Source: Candidatus Electrothrix sp. GW3-4 | GTDB lineage: Bacteria > Desulfobacterota > Desulfobulbia > Desulfobulbales > Desulfobulbaceae | Reading direction: 5' to 3' | DNA length: 32,000 bases | NCBI RefSeq assembly: GCF_037902255.1 | Contig: NZ_CP147990.1 | Location: 2,760,001 to 2,792,000, forward strand | Shown: one piece after another, positions 9,418-16,084 of the stretch | Numbering within the stretch: position 1 is the stretch's first letter | Layout: each line of letters begins with the position of its first letter | The notes under the pieces: model-generated | The model's database searches: none | What the model was told of the DNA's origin: nothing | Seen by the model: the letters and a program-made list of their open reading frames with translations, nothing else | Translations under genes and position numbers: made by a program

Positions 9418-10923
9418 ATGTTCCGCTGCAAGATCGCCCTGTTCTCCGTCCTGATCTCCGGCAGCATCTTGGTCGCATTCGGTCTCCATTTCCTCTCGCT
9501 TATCAGCAAGGTTCAGTTGGCACGACTTGACCGGGAAATCCTCACCCTGGGTGAGAGCCAACTCCATGTGATCCATCCCAAGGGCCATTGGCAAGACTTC
9601 AGCAGCTCCCTGCGCTCCATCTACGGAGAAAAATACCAGAGTGAGCTGATTATCCAGGTCCTCGGAGGTCGGCAGGATGTCCTCTACCAATCCACTGACT
9701 GGCCGAACACAATCTCCCTGGCCTCCTTCCCTGCCTTTACCCAGCAAAAAGTCGAGGAGCAAGCGTCCCGGACAGCAGAGCAAGGAGCGGAAAGACAACT
9801 CCCTCCCCCGCCTCCCAATACACCTCCAGAGGCATATCCCCCTCGCTGGCGTGAACCGGAACCGACCGTCCTGAAACAGCCCTCGTATCAAACCCTGGCA
9901 ACAGACTCAGGTACCTGGCGCGTGGGGATCATGGGTAATCAACGGATCACCATCCTGATCGGCCTGAACATGACGGCATTTTATGAAGATACAGATCATT
10001 ATCGCAACAGCTTTCTCCTTATGGCCCCCCTGGCCCTGCTCCTCATGGCGGGCGGCGGGTGGTGGCTGGCTCAGCGCGCCTTGCGTCCAGTGGGACTCAT
10101 CACCGAGATTGCGGAAAAGATCTCTGCCCAGGGGCTTGATCAACGTATTCCTTCAGACAGGGCGGACACGGAATTTCAGCGCCTGATCACGGTGATTAAT
10201 GCCATGTTAGATCGCCTGGAAGGAGGATTTCAGCAGGCGGTCCGCTTTAGTGCAGATGCCGCCCATGAGCTCCAGACCCCGCTGACCGTCCTGCAAGGCA
10301 TGCTGGATGATGCAGTGCGCCATAGCGAGGCGGGCTCTGCGGAACAGCAACGGAGCAGCGAGCTACTGGAAGAGGTCCAACGGCTCAAGACCATTGTCCG
10401 CAAACTGCTGATCCTTTCCCGGGCCGACGCAGGCAGGTTAGAGCTTTCTCTTGAGCCGGTGAATATGAGTAATATGGTGGCGTCCCTACTGGAGGATGTG
10501 GAGATCATGGCGCCGCAACTGCATATTGATCAGCGCATTCAGTCGGGTTTGCTGGTCAACGCTGATCCTGAGCTGCTTCGGCAGGTGGTGCAGAATATGG
10601 TCTCCAATGCGATGAAATATAACCTTCTGAAGGATGGTATTATTTATTTTCGCCTGGCAGACCGGAAAGGTGTGGTCCATTTTCGGGTGGCGAATACCGG
10701 GCCAGTAATTCCGCCGCAAGATCGGCAACGGATCTTTGACCGATTTTATCGGGTGGATCAATCACGGAATGATCGGGTGCCCGGTTCCGGGCTGGGGTTA
10801 TCCTTGGCCCTTGAGATCACTCGTGCCCATAAGGGCCGCCTGGTGCTTGATCCTCCCAAGAAAGGCATTACCAGCTTTACCCTTTCTCTCCCCCAGCTGC
10901 AGCAGGCTTCCCCTGAAGGATAA
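9418..10923 (+). CDS. Two-component sensor histidine kinase (TM-periplasmic-TM-HAMP-HisKA-HATPase)
   Basis: The H-box is FSADAAHELQTPLT, the N-box VVQNMVSNAMKY and the G-boxes RVDQSRN..PGSGLGLSLA. There are two hydrophobic segments. The periplasmic part contains a proline-rich stretch (QLPPPPPNTPPEAYPPRWREPEP). The gene starts 16 nt after the regulator stop. Confidence 0.9.
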   Translation: MFRCKIALFSVLISGSILVAFGLHFLSLISKVQLARLDREILTLGESQLHVIHPKGHWQDFSSSLRSIYGEKYQSELIIQVLGGRQDVLYQSTDWPNTISLASFPAFTQQKVEEQASRTAEQGAERQLPPPPPNTPPEAYPPRWREPEPTVLKQPSYQTLATDSGTWRVGIMGNQRITILIGLNMTAFYEDTDHYRNSFLLMAPLALLLMAGGGWWLAQRALRPVGLITEIAEKISAQGLDQRIPSDRADTEFQRLITVINAMLDRLEGGFQQAVRFSADAAHELQTPLTVLQGMLDDAVRHSEAGSAEQQRSSELLEEVQRLKTIVRKLLILSRADAGRLELSLEPVNMSNMVASLLEDVEIMAPQLHIDQRIQSGLLVNADPELLRQVVQNMVSNAMKYNLLKDGIIYFRLADRKGVVHFRVANTGPVIPPQDRQRIFDRFYRVDQSRNDRVPGSGLGLSLALEITRAHKGRLVLDPPKKGITSFTLSLPQLQQASPEG

Positions 10924-10953
10924 CCTGCTGTTATCGAACATTTTTATCTTTAC

Positions 10954-11121
10954 ACAAGAAGGTTCACAAGAGCAAACAAAGGGTTGTTGGTTATCAAGAG
11001 AAGGTTGTTTATTACTGACAGAAGGTTCGTGATAGCCAATAAAATGTTGTTTGCTCTTGCAGGAAGGTTGTCATCGATCAACAGAAAGCCTGTTTGAATA
11101 GCAAGGCTTGGGTGTTGTTTT
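10954..11121. repeat. Degenerate tandem array with strict 21-bp phasing (about 8 units), core GAAGGTT(G/C)
   Basis: An exact GAAGGTT occurs at 10958, 11000, 11021 and 11063, offsets of 42, 21 and 42. Degenerate cores sit on the intervening 21-bp lattice points: AAGGGTT at 10979, AAATGTT at 11042, GAAAGCC at 11084 and AAGGCTT at 11103. GTTGTTT often follows the core. Confidence 0.75.
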
Positions 11122-11306
11122 ACGGGGTGTGTTTGATCGTGAAATTTTCCTGTCGCAGAAGGGGAAATGGCTCTATCTCTCTTGTTCCTCTTGATAAATC
11201 CCCTTGATATCCCTTGACAGGCCAGAGAAAAGGGATTAAGCCGGTATATAGGTCCCTCCAACTATCTTTTCTTTCTAACAAAATCCTTTTTAGAGGAGGA
11301 AGTCTC

Positions 11307-11690
11307 ATGGCCTATCAACGCAAATCATCAAAAGTTATCACGGATGCTCAGGAACGCTCCGCCGACCTGCGGGCAATTGATCCCAATCTTGATTTGGGCA
11401 ACGATCTCACTGTTGCTACTTATGAAGCCAAGATCGCGGAAGTGCAAGCAGCTCTAGATGCATATAATGGGTTGCTTGCAAAGGCTGACGCAGCGGGCAA
11501 TATCTTCAGAGCACTGGAAAAAGAGCTTCGTGACCTGTCTTCGTTGATGCTCTCTGGGGTGAAGGTGAAGTACGGCAGGGATAGCAATGAGTATGAGATG
11601 GCTGGGGGAACTCGGCTCAGTGAGCGCAAAAAGCCTAAAAAGAAGGGTGGAGAGGAGCCGGGAGGCGGTGGTGATGGAGATAGCCAGTAA
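11307..11690 (+). CDS. Hypothetical small protein (127 aa), helical with a basic/glycine-rich C-terminal tail
   Basis: The ATG at 11307 is preceded by GGAGGA (agaggaggaagtctcATG). The protein reads MAYQRKSSKVITDAQERS...LSERKKPKKKGGEEPGGGGDGDSQ. I recognise no family. The upstream part of the track ORF from 11214 has no RBS support. Confidence 0.6.
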   Translation: MAYQRKSSKVITDAQERSADLRAIDPNLDLGNDLTVATYEAKIAEVQAALDAYNGLLAKADAAGNIFRALEKELRDLSSLMLSGVKVKYGRDSNEYEMAGGTRLSERKKPKKKGGEEPGGGGDGDSQ

Positions 11691-11755
11691 AGAGCTATCT
11701 GGCAGGTTCTCGTCATATCGGTAGAAAAATTATGCTGTTTGATATGAGATCGAAG

Positions 11756-11799
11756 CAGCCTTTGTTGCCTGCTCAGTAAGACAACAAAGGCTGTTTTAT
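11756..11799 (+). terminator. Rho-independent terminator
   Basis: A perfect 12-bp stem pairs CAGCCTTTGTTG (11756-11767) with CAACAAAGGCTG (11782-11793) around a 14-nt loop, followed by TTTTAT. It lies downstream of the 11307-11690 gene, and its 3' flank overlaps the intI stop codon. Confidence 0.65.
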
Positions 11800-12800
11800 A
11801 TGTTCAACTTCTCCAGCGGACTTGACAGGCGAGAGATGTCTTTATTCATAACATGGGTGTATATTTCAGTGGTTTTCACGTCGGCATGCCCCATCAATTC
11901 CTGAAGCACACGAATGTTTGTACCGTTTTCCAGCATAGCGGTGGCAAAGCTGTGGCGCAGGGTATGACAGGTGACCCGTTTGTCAATTCCGGCCTTATGC
12001 GCAGCCCGTTTGACAGCTTTTTGTAAACCTGACTCCATAACATGATGGCGTCGTATTTTCCCTGAGCGCGGATCAGCAGATCGTTTTCTGGAAGGGAAAA
12101 CATACTGCCAGCGGGTTTCCCGTGCAGCGGCAGGATATTTACGCGCCAACGCCTCCGGGATATACACCTCACCAAAGCCTGTTTCCAGATCGTTGTGGTG
12201 CAAAAGCTTCACACGATCAATATGCTCCCTCAATTCCGCAACGACAGGTTCAGCGAGAATCGTATTACGTTGCTTATCTCCTTTTCCCAAAATACGAATT
12301 CGCTTTCGATCAAAATCAACATCCATAATCCGTAACCGCACACACTCCATAAGACGCAACCCGGAACCGTAGAGGAGTTTGGCCATCAGAGCATGCGTTC
12401 CCTGGATATGCTTGAAAAACCGCTGTATTTCTTCGCCCCCGAGGACGGTGGGCAGGTTGGGCTTTCTTTTTGAGCGGATGGGCTGAATTTTTTCAGCCAA
12501 GGGCATATCAAAAACATCCCGATAAAGAAAAACGAGGGCGTTCAAGGCCTGACGCTGGGTAGATGCGGATACTTTACGTTCCACAGCAAGATGAGAGAGG
12601 AAGCGTTCAACATCGCCAGCCCCGAGTTCGGCAGGATGAATCTTGCACTCAAAAAAATGAATGTAGCGGAGTATCCACTGACTGTATGTCTGCTCTGTCT
12701 TATAGGCATAATGATGATAGCGAAGAACTTCATGAACTTGCTCCATCAATTTAAGCTTCGGATTTGGACGAAATTTTTGTTTACTCTTTTTATTTTCCAT
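11796..12800 (-). CDS. intI: Integron integrase (tyrosine recombinase, IntI family)
   Basis: 334 aa. The sequence includes LRYHHYAYKTEQTYSQWILRYIHFF, ALNALVFLY, LLYGSGLRLMECVRLR (catalytic R), GKGDKQR (K), HTLRHSFAT (H..R) and GHADVKTTEIYTHV (H, Y). The IntI-specific insertion is present: IPEALARKYPAAARETRWQYVFPS...DPRSGKIRRHHV. This matches the ALxRKYP...W.FP...DPRSG..RRHH patch of known integron integrases. Confidence 0.92.
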   Translation of the reverse strand: MENKKSKQKFRPNPKLKLMEQVHEVLRYHHYAYKTEQTYSQWILRYIHFFECKIHPAELGAGDVERFLSHLAVERKVSASTQRQALNALVFLYRDVFDMPLAEKIQPIRSKRKPNLPTVLGGEEIQRFFKHIQGTHALMAKLLYGSGLRLMECVRLRIMDVDFDRKRIRILGKGDKQRNTILAEPVVAELREHIDRVKLLHHNDLETGFGEVYIPEALARKYPAAARETRWQYVFPSRKRSADPRSGKIRRHHVMESGLQKAVKRAAHKAGIDKRVTCHTLRHSFATAMLENGTNIRVLQELMGHADVKTTEIYTHVMNKDISRLSSPLEKLNI

Positions 12801-12961
12801 GTTAGCTACTGTATATCATAATAAGAGGAAAGATGCAGGTGGAAATTGATAAGTGGACAAAAAATCCACTTTTACCGTGTCAATATCTGAATAAGTGGAT
12901 TTCTGCGGTACCTATTACGGTCAATAGCAGGACAAATTTCCATTTATTAATACTGTTAGGC
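12801..12961 (+). other. attI region with crossover site GTTAGGC (12955-12961)
   Basis: GTTAGGC fits GTTRRRY and is the exact complement of the R'' heptamer of cassette 1 (GCCTAAC, 13356-13362). The region also holds ATAAGTGGA direct repeats at 12849 and 12891 and an inverted TCCACTT at 12865. The left limit of attI is not defined by sequence alone. Confidence 0.6.
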
Positions 12962-12980
12962 ATAAAATAAAATCGTCAGT

Positions 12981-13361
12981 ATGCAGACAATTACAGTGCC
13001 AGAATTAATTTTCGCAGAATATATGTTCAGCTTGACAATAGAGCAGTGGGATAACTTACTTATTGACTTTAAAAACCAAGGATTAGAGAACATAACGCCT
13101 ACTTCAAAACAGTATTTAGAAGATTGTAAAACAAATGAAACTCATTTAATCGCCATAACGGGTAACTTAGATTTCAGCGGCATTACTTTCCCATTTACAG
13201 CTCAATTAGATGTGAATGGCTTCATACTTTATATAAATAAGCCGCATAACAAGCGCGGCTTTATAGATAAACTTCTAGGTAAGTCAAATGCGCATAAACT
13301 TGCCTATGAGCAATTGATTGTACGATTATGCGAAACATATAAAACCCTAAAAAATGCCTAA
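12981..13361 (+). CDS. Cassette 1 ORF, hypothetical protein (126 aa)
   Basis: This is the only sizeable ORF in the 492-bp cassette (12956-13447). Its stop codon TAA lies inside the attC R'' box, as is common for cassettes. I see no clear RBS and recognise no family. Confidence 0.5.
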   Translation: MQTITVPELIFAEYMFSLTIEQWDNLLIDFKNQGLENITPTSKQYLEDCKTNETHLIAITGNLDFSGITFPFTAQLDVNGFILYINKPHNKRGFIDKLLGKSNAHKLAYEQLIVRLCETYKTLKNA

Positions 13362-13453
13362 CAAGTGCATAAACACGGACCAACCAAAGCGGTGCGGTTT
13401 CCGCTGCGCTACAACCGCCCCACTTTGGTTGGCCGGTTATGCTGTCGTTATGC
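13356..13453 (+). other. attC site 1 (98 bp)
   Basis: R'' is GCCTAAC (13356-13362) and R' is GTTATGC (13447-13453). The arms form a long imperfect palindrome: AAGTGCATAAACACGGACCAACCAAAGCGGTGCGG against the reverse complement GACAGCATAACCGGCCAACCAAAGTGGGGCGG. Confidence 0.78.
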
Positions 13454-13503
13454 CTCGAAATTATATAAAGCACCGCCAACGCAAAACTTAATAAGGAGAA
13501 AAA

Positions 13504-13695
13504 ATGGACAACAACAGTATTATTCAATACCTAATAGGCATTGCCCTAACTCTTTATCCGACATGGAGAATAGTAAAAAGAACAGGATTAAACCCAAATT
13601 GGTCAGCTCTTCTACTTATTCCAGGTCTTGGGGCTCTCATCGTCACTTGTATGCTTGCCCTCAGCGAATGGCCATTAAACGATAGGAGGGGATAA
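13504..13695 (+). CDS. Cassette 2 ORF a, small membrane protein (63 aa), DUF805-like C-terminal motif
   Basis: Strong RBS (taaggagaaaaaATG). There are two hydrophobic helices. The motif KRTGLNPNWSALLLIPGLGALIV...LSEWP is a paralogue of the next ORF. Confidence 0.6.
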   Translation: MDNNSIIQYLIGIALTLYPTWRIVKRTGLNPNWSALLLIPGLGALIVTCMLALSEWPLNDRRG

Positions 13696-13697
13696 TC

Positions 13698-13895
13698 ATG
13701 TTTGGTTTAGGGTTTCCAGAATTAATCATAATAATCGTAATACTCTGCATCCTTGCTATACCAGTCTGGCTTCTTTCAAAAATATTAGATAAAGCTGGTT
13801 TCTCAGGTTGGTTTTCACTTCTCGGCATTATCCCAATCGTGAACATTATTGCCTTATGGGTATTCGCCTTTATCTCTTGGCCTGCTGAGCAATGA
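13698..13895 (+). CDS. Cassette 2 ORF b, small membrane protein (65 aa), DUF805-like motif
   Basis: Strong RBS (taggaggggataatcATG), starting 3 nt after ORF a. The motif DKAGFSGWFSLLGIIPIVNIIALWVFAFISWP resembles, from my recollection, the GxSGWW..LL..IP signature of DUF805-type inner-membrane proteins. Confidence 0.6.
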   Translation: MFGLGFPELIIIIVILCILAIPVWLLSKILDKAGFSGWFSLLGIIPIVNIIALWVFAFISWPAEQ

Positions 13896-13913
13896 TAAAA
13901 CAATAAAAATCAG

Positions 13914-14033
13914 GCATAACAATTCGCTCAAGCACGACGCGCGAGCACGCCAGTTTTAACGGCTTCGGCCACCTAACTACAACACGAACTTACTCAACCT
14001 CGGCTAGGCGCGCGTCTTAGCTTTGCGTTAGCA
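13914..14033 (+). other. attC site 2 (120 bp)
   Basis: R'' is GCATAAC (13914-13920), the exact complement of GTTATGC at the cassette's 5' end. R' is GTTAGCA (14027-14033). The left arm AATTCGCTCAAGCACGACGCGCG pairs imperfectly with ...GGCGCGCGTCTTAGCTTTGC. The GCATAACAATTCG... start resembles classical attC sites. Confidence 0.7.
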
Positions 14034-14125
14034 ATGAAAGGGTACTTGACCGATAGCATACTCGGTACCGTAGCCAAGTATAAACCTTTCGATAAAGTCG
14101 TTGCTTGATATAAAAGGAGATGCCT

Positions 14126-14737
14126 ATGTCTTACTTTGATAAAAAGCCGCTCACCCACATAACCCTCTTGCCAAGTGAGGTGCATTTGCATTCAGCGGTG
14201 CTAGTAAGAGCAACCTTAAATAAGCTGTTCGGTTTTGTCGGCCCAAAGGTCGCTGGAATTCAGCCTCTTGCTCCACGCTACAGGGCCCATATAACAAACC
14301 AGCGTCTTCTCATGGAGATATATCCGTATTCCGGAACGGAAAAGACTGTTACGAAATGGGGGCTTAAGGGAGTATCGATGCTGATGGGTTCCTTTGTAGA
14401 CACCCCTCAATTACATGCCCAGATAGCTGTGCAAAAAATGATGTACAATGCAGCAATGGATGAAAATCTTGCTGCTGCAGATGATCCAAACGCGCAGTAT
14501 ATTGCAATTCCATATGATACTCTGACCGTGACCACCTATGGAAGTGCACCATCCTATCTCAAACTTGAGATCCCTGGGGTCGAAGAAGAGATAGTCTTTA
14601 TAGCCCAACTTGATACCGAAGGTCGGTTGCTCCCTAAAGGTAATATTATCGACAACGCAAAGGCGGGATGGGGGCTTTCTCGGGAATTCGCAAAGCTATG
14701 TCAGGAAGCGATAGCCAGTTACCGCTCAAGAGCTTAA
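14126..14737 (+). CDS. Cassette 3 ORF, hypothetical protein (203 aa)
   Basis: An AAGGAG lies 7 nt upstream of the ATG at 14126. The track start at 14120 abuts the RBS. This is the only long ORF inside the cassette (14028-14824). I recognise no family. Confidence 0.6.
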   Translation: MSYFDKKPLTHITLLPSEVHLHSAVLVRATLNKLFGFVGPKVAGIQPLAPRYRAHITNQRLLMEIYPYSGTEKTVTKWGLKGVSMLMGSFVDTPQLHAQIAVQKMMYNAAMDENLAAADDPNAQYIAIPYDTLTVTTYGSAPSYLKLEIPGVEEEIVFIAQLDTEGRLLPKGNIIDNAKAGWGLSREFAKLCQEAIASYRSRA

Positions 14738-14770
14738 TTTTAGGACGTCAAAAAAAAGACTGCAATTCAT

Positions 14771-14830
14771 TGCTAACAAGGCTAATTCAGCCGACGCAAA
14801 AAGCCGCGCGGCTGATTAGAAGCGTTGGAT
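14771..14830 (+). other. attC site 3 (60 bp, classical short type)
   Basis: R'' is TGCTAAC (14771-14777), the exact complement of GTTAGCA at 14027. R' is GTTGGAT (14824-14830) and fits GTTRRRY. The arms AAGGCTAATTCAGCCGACGC and GCGCGGCTGATTAGAAGC pair with two unpaired bases, as expected for attC extrahelical bases. Confidence 0.82.
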
Positions 14831-14835
14831 TAGTA

Positions 14836-16080
14836 ATGAGTAAATATTTGACCAATAAAGGCATTATAGTAACTGCTGAAAATAACAATAAATTTACCCT
14901 GGAAGACATTTTAGGTAATAAGGTTGGATATAGAGATGAAGAATCAATTGAAAATATCGTTAATAAATTCAAATTAAAAATTTGTGCCAAAGAAAATACA
15001 AATAATAATGCATTCGTTAACCCATCATTCCCTTTTTCGATAATTATAAATGATGTTAAAGAATACTTGTTACCAGCAAAGATGGGTTTATTGCTCGATT
15101 TGTTGCGTCAAATCGAAGATGTGTCATTTCAATTAGTAATAGGCAGACAATTTGGAAAGGAAGCATTATCAATATATAAACAATACAATCTCATCAAAGT
15201 CGCAATAAAAGAGGGGCATATAGACAGCAATGAGTACGAAAAAATAGTCAATGATCTTCGCAAGCAAGACAACGAGATTGCTAATGCATTGTTAATAATG
15301 GATGAAATAGCAAGGTTAGGAGACCTTATTAGAACAGAAGTTTGCCACTCTGAATTCTGTCTTATAAACGCTATATATTCAATTAGAAAGCATGTTGAGG
15401 TTGAAAACTCAAGATCAATAATAAAGAGTGGAGGCGAAAGAATATGTTATGGTTTTTACATCGACAGTGCCACATGGCATTTTATTGATTCAATAAAATC
15501 TATTTCAACTGCTTTAGACTCCCTGGCAAAACTAGTAAAATTTATTTTTGATATTGATGTAGGTAAGTTACCAAAGAAAAAAAATGTCCTTTTTGGAGAT
15601 ATGAAACATATTAAAAACTGGAATGGTTCATTAACGACAAATTCACTGACATTATTAAATAATCAGTTTGCAAGCCTCAAAGCAGTAATAAATTTTCGCC
15701 ATCATGTAACTCATAACTCAGGGCTTTTCCACAGCCAGAATTCTATTTTTATTGGTCGCAGAACACCAGCCATAAGCAACTTGGATTTAATATATGGTGA
15801 TTTATTAATGTGGGATAGAAATGGTGACGAATTTTTAACCTCGCAAAGAACTGTAGGTTTCTTCTCGCAACAAAATAATGCTATTGAATTTGCTAACGAA
15901 GCTCTTGAACTAACTGTAAAATATACAGAAAACATATTCAGGATTCTAAGAACTAATGTTCTTGATAAGTGTAACGCAGCCAAAATTAGAGAATTGTCGC
16001 TAATCAGGTTCAACCCAAATGAAACAATTACTTTCAGCAGGCATCAAACCAGTGAGCTTCAACAAACTGTAATTGTATAA
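14836..16080 (+). CDS. Cassette 4 ORF, hypothetical 414-aa protein with HEPN-like Rx4H motif (candidate Abi-type effector)
   Basis: I set the start at the first ATG after the cassette boundary (14825). The track start at 14668 would read through attC 3. The gene is very AT-rich. The motif FRHHVTHNSG (RHHVTH at 15697-15714) fits Rx4-6H in a predicted helical C-terminal half, preceded by the helix DSIKSISTALDSLAKLVKFIF. Confidence 0.6.
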   Translation: MSKYLTNKGIIVTAENNNKFTLEDILGNKVGYRDEESIENIVNKFKLKICAKENTNNNAFVNPSFPFSIIINDVKEYLLPAKMGLLLDLLRQIEDVSFQLVIGRQFGKEALSIYKQYNLIKVAIKEGHIDSNEYEKIVNDLRKQDNEIANALLIMDEIARLGDLIRTEVCHSEFCLINAIYSIRKHVEVENSRSIIKSGGERICYGFYIDSATWHFIDSIKSISTALDSLAKLVKFIFDIDVGKLPKKKNVLFGDMKHIKNWNGSLTTNSLTLLNNQFASLKAVINFRHHVTHNSGLFHSQNSIFIGRRTPAISNLDLIYGDLLMWDRNGDEFLTSQRTVGFFSQQNNAIEFANEALELTVKYTENIFRILRTNVLDKCNAAKIRELSLIRFNPNETITFSRHQTSELQQTVIV

Positions 16081-16084
16081 CAAA

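Noticed and set aside
9085-9891. 268-aa minus-strand ORF across the regulator/kinase junction
   Set aside because: It is antisense to two clearly recognisable two-component genes, so it is a shadow ORF.
10954-11121. 21-bp repeat array as a CsrA/RsmA-sponge sRNA
   Set aside because: The multiple AGG-containing units looked CsrB-like at first. But the conserved core is GAAGGTT, and only one unit contains the essential GGA in an A(N)GGA context. I left its function open instead.
11214-11242. Sigma-70 promoter TTGACA-N17-TAAGCC for the small orphan gene
   Set aside because: The -35 hexamer is perfect, but the -10 matches only 2 of 6 consensus positions. The better TATATA lies 25 nt away, so this is not supportable as a feature.
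10950-11261. 103-aa minus-strand ORF with periodic NLL/INN pattern
   Set aside because: The periodicity is simply the translation of the 21-bp DNA repeat. There is no RBS and no protein-like features.
12806-12827. LexA/SOS box in the intI promoter (TACTGTATATCATAATAAGA)
   Set aside because: The left half matches the E. coli-type box (TACTGTATAT) perfectly, but the right half lacks the obligatory CAG. LexA motifs also differ between phyla. This is only a half-site, which is not enough to call.
14668-14835. Upstream extension of the cassette 4 ORF (track start at 14668)
   Set aside because: It would overlap the cassette 3 gene and read straight through attC 3 and the cassette boundary at 14824/14825. 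The first ATG inside the cassette (14836) is the sensible start.
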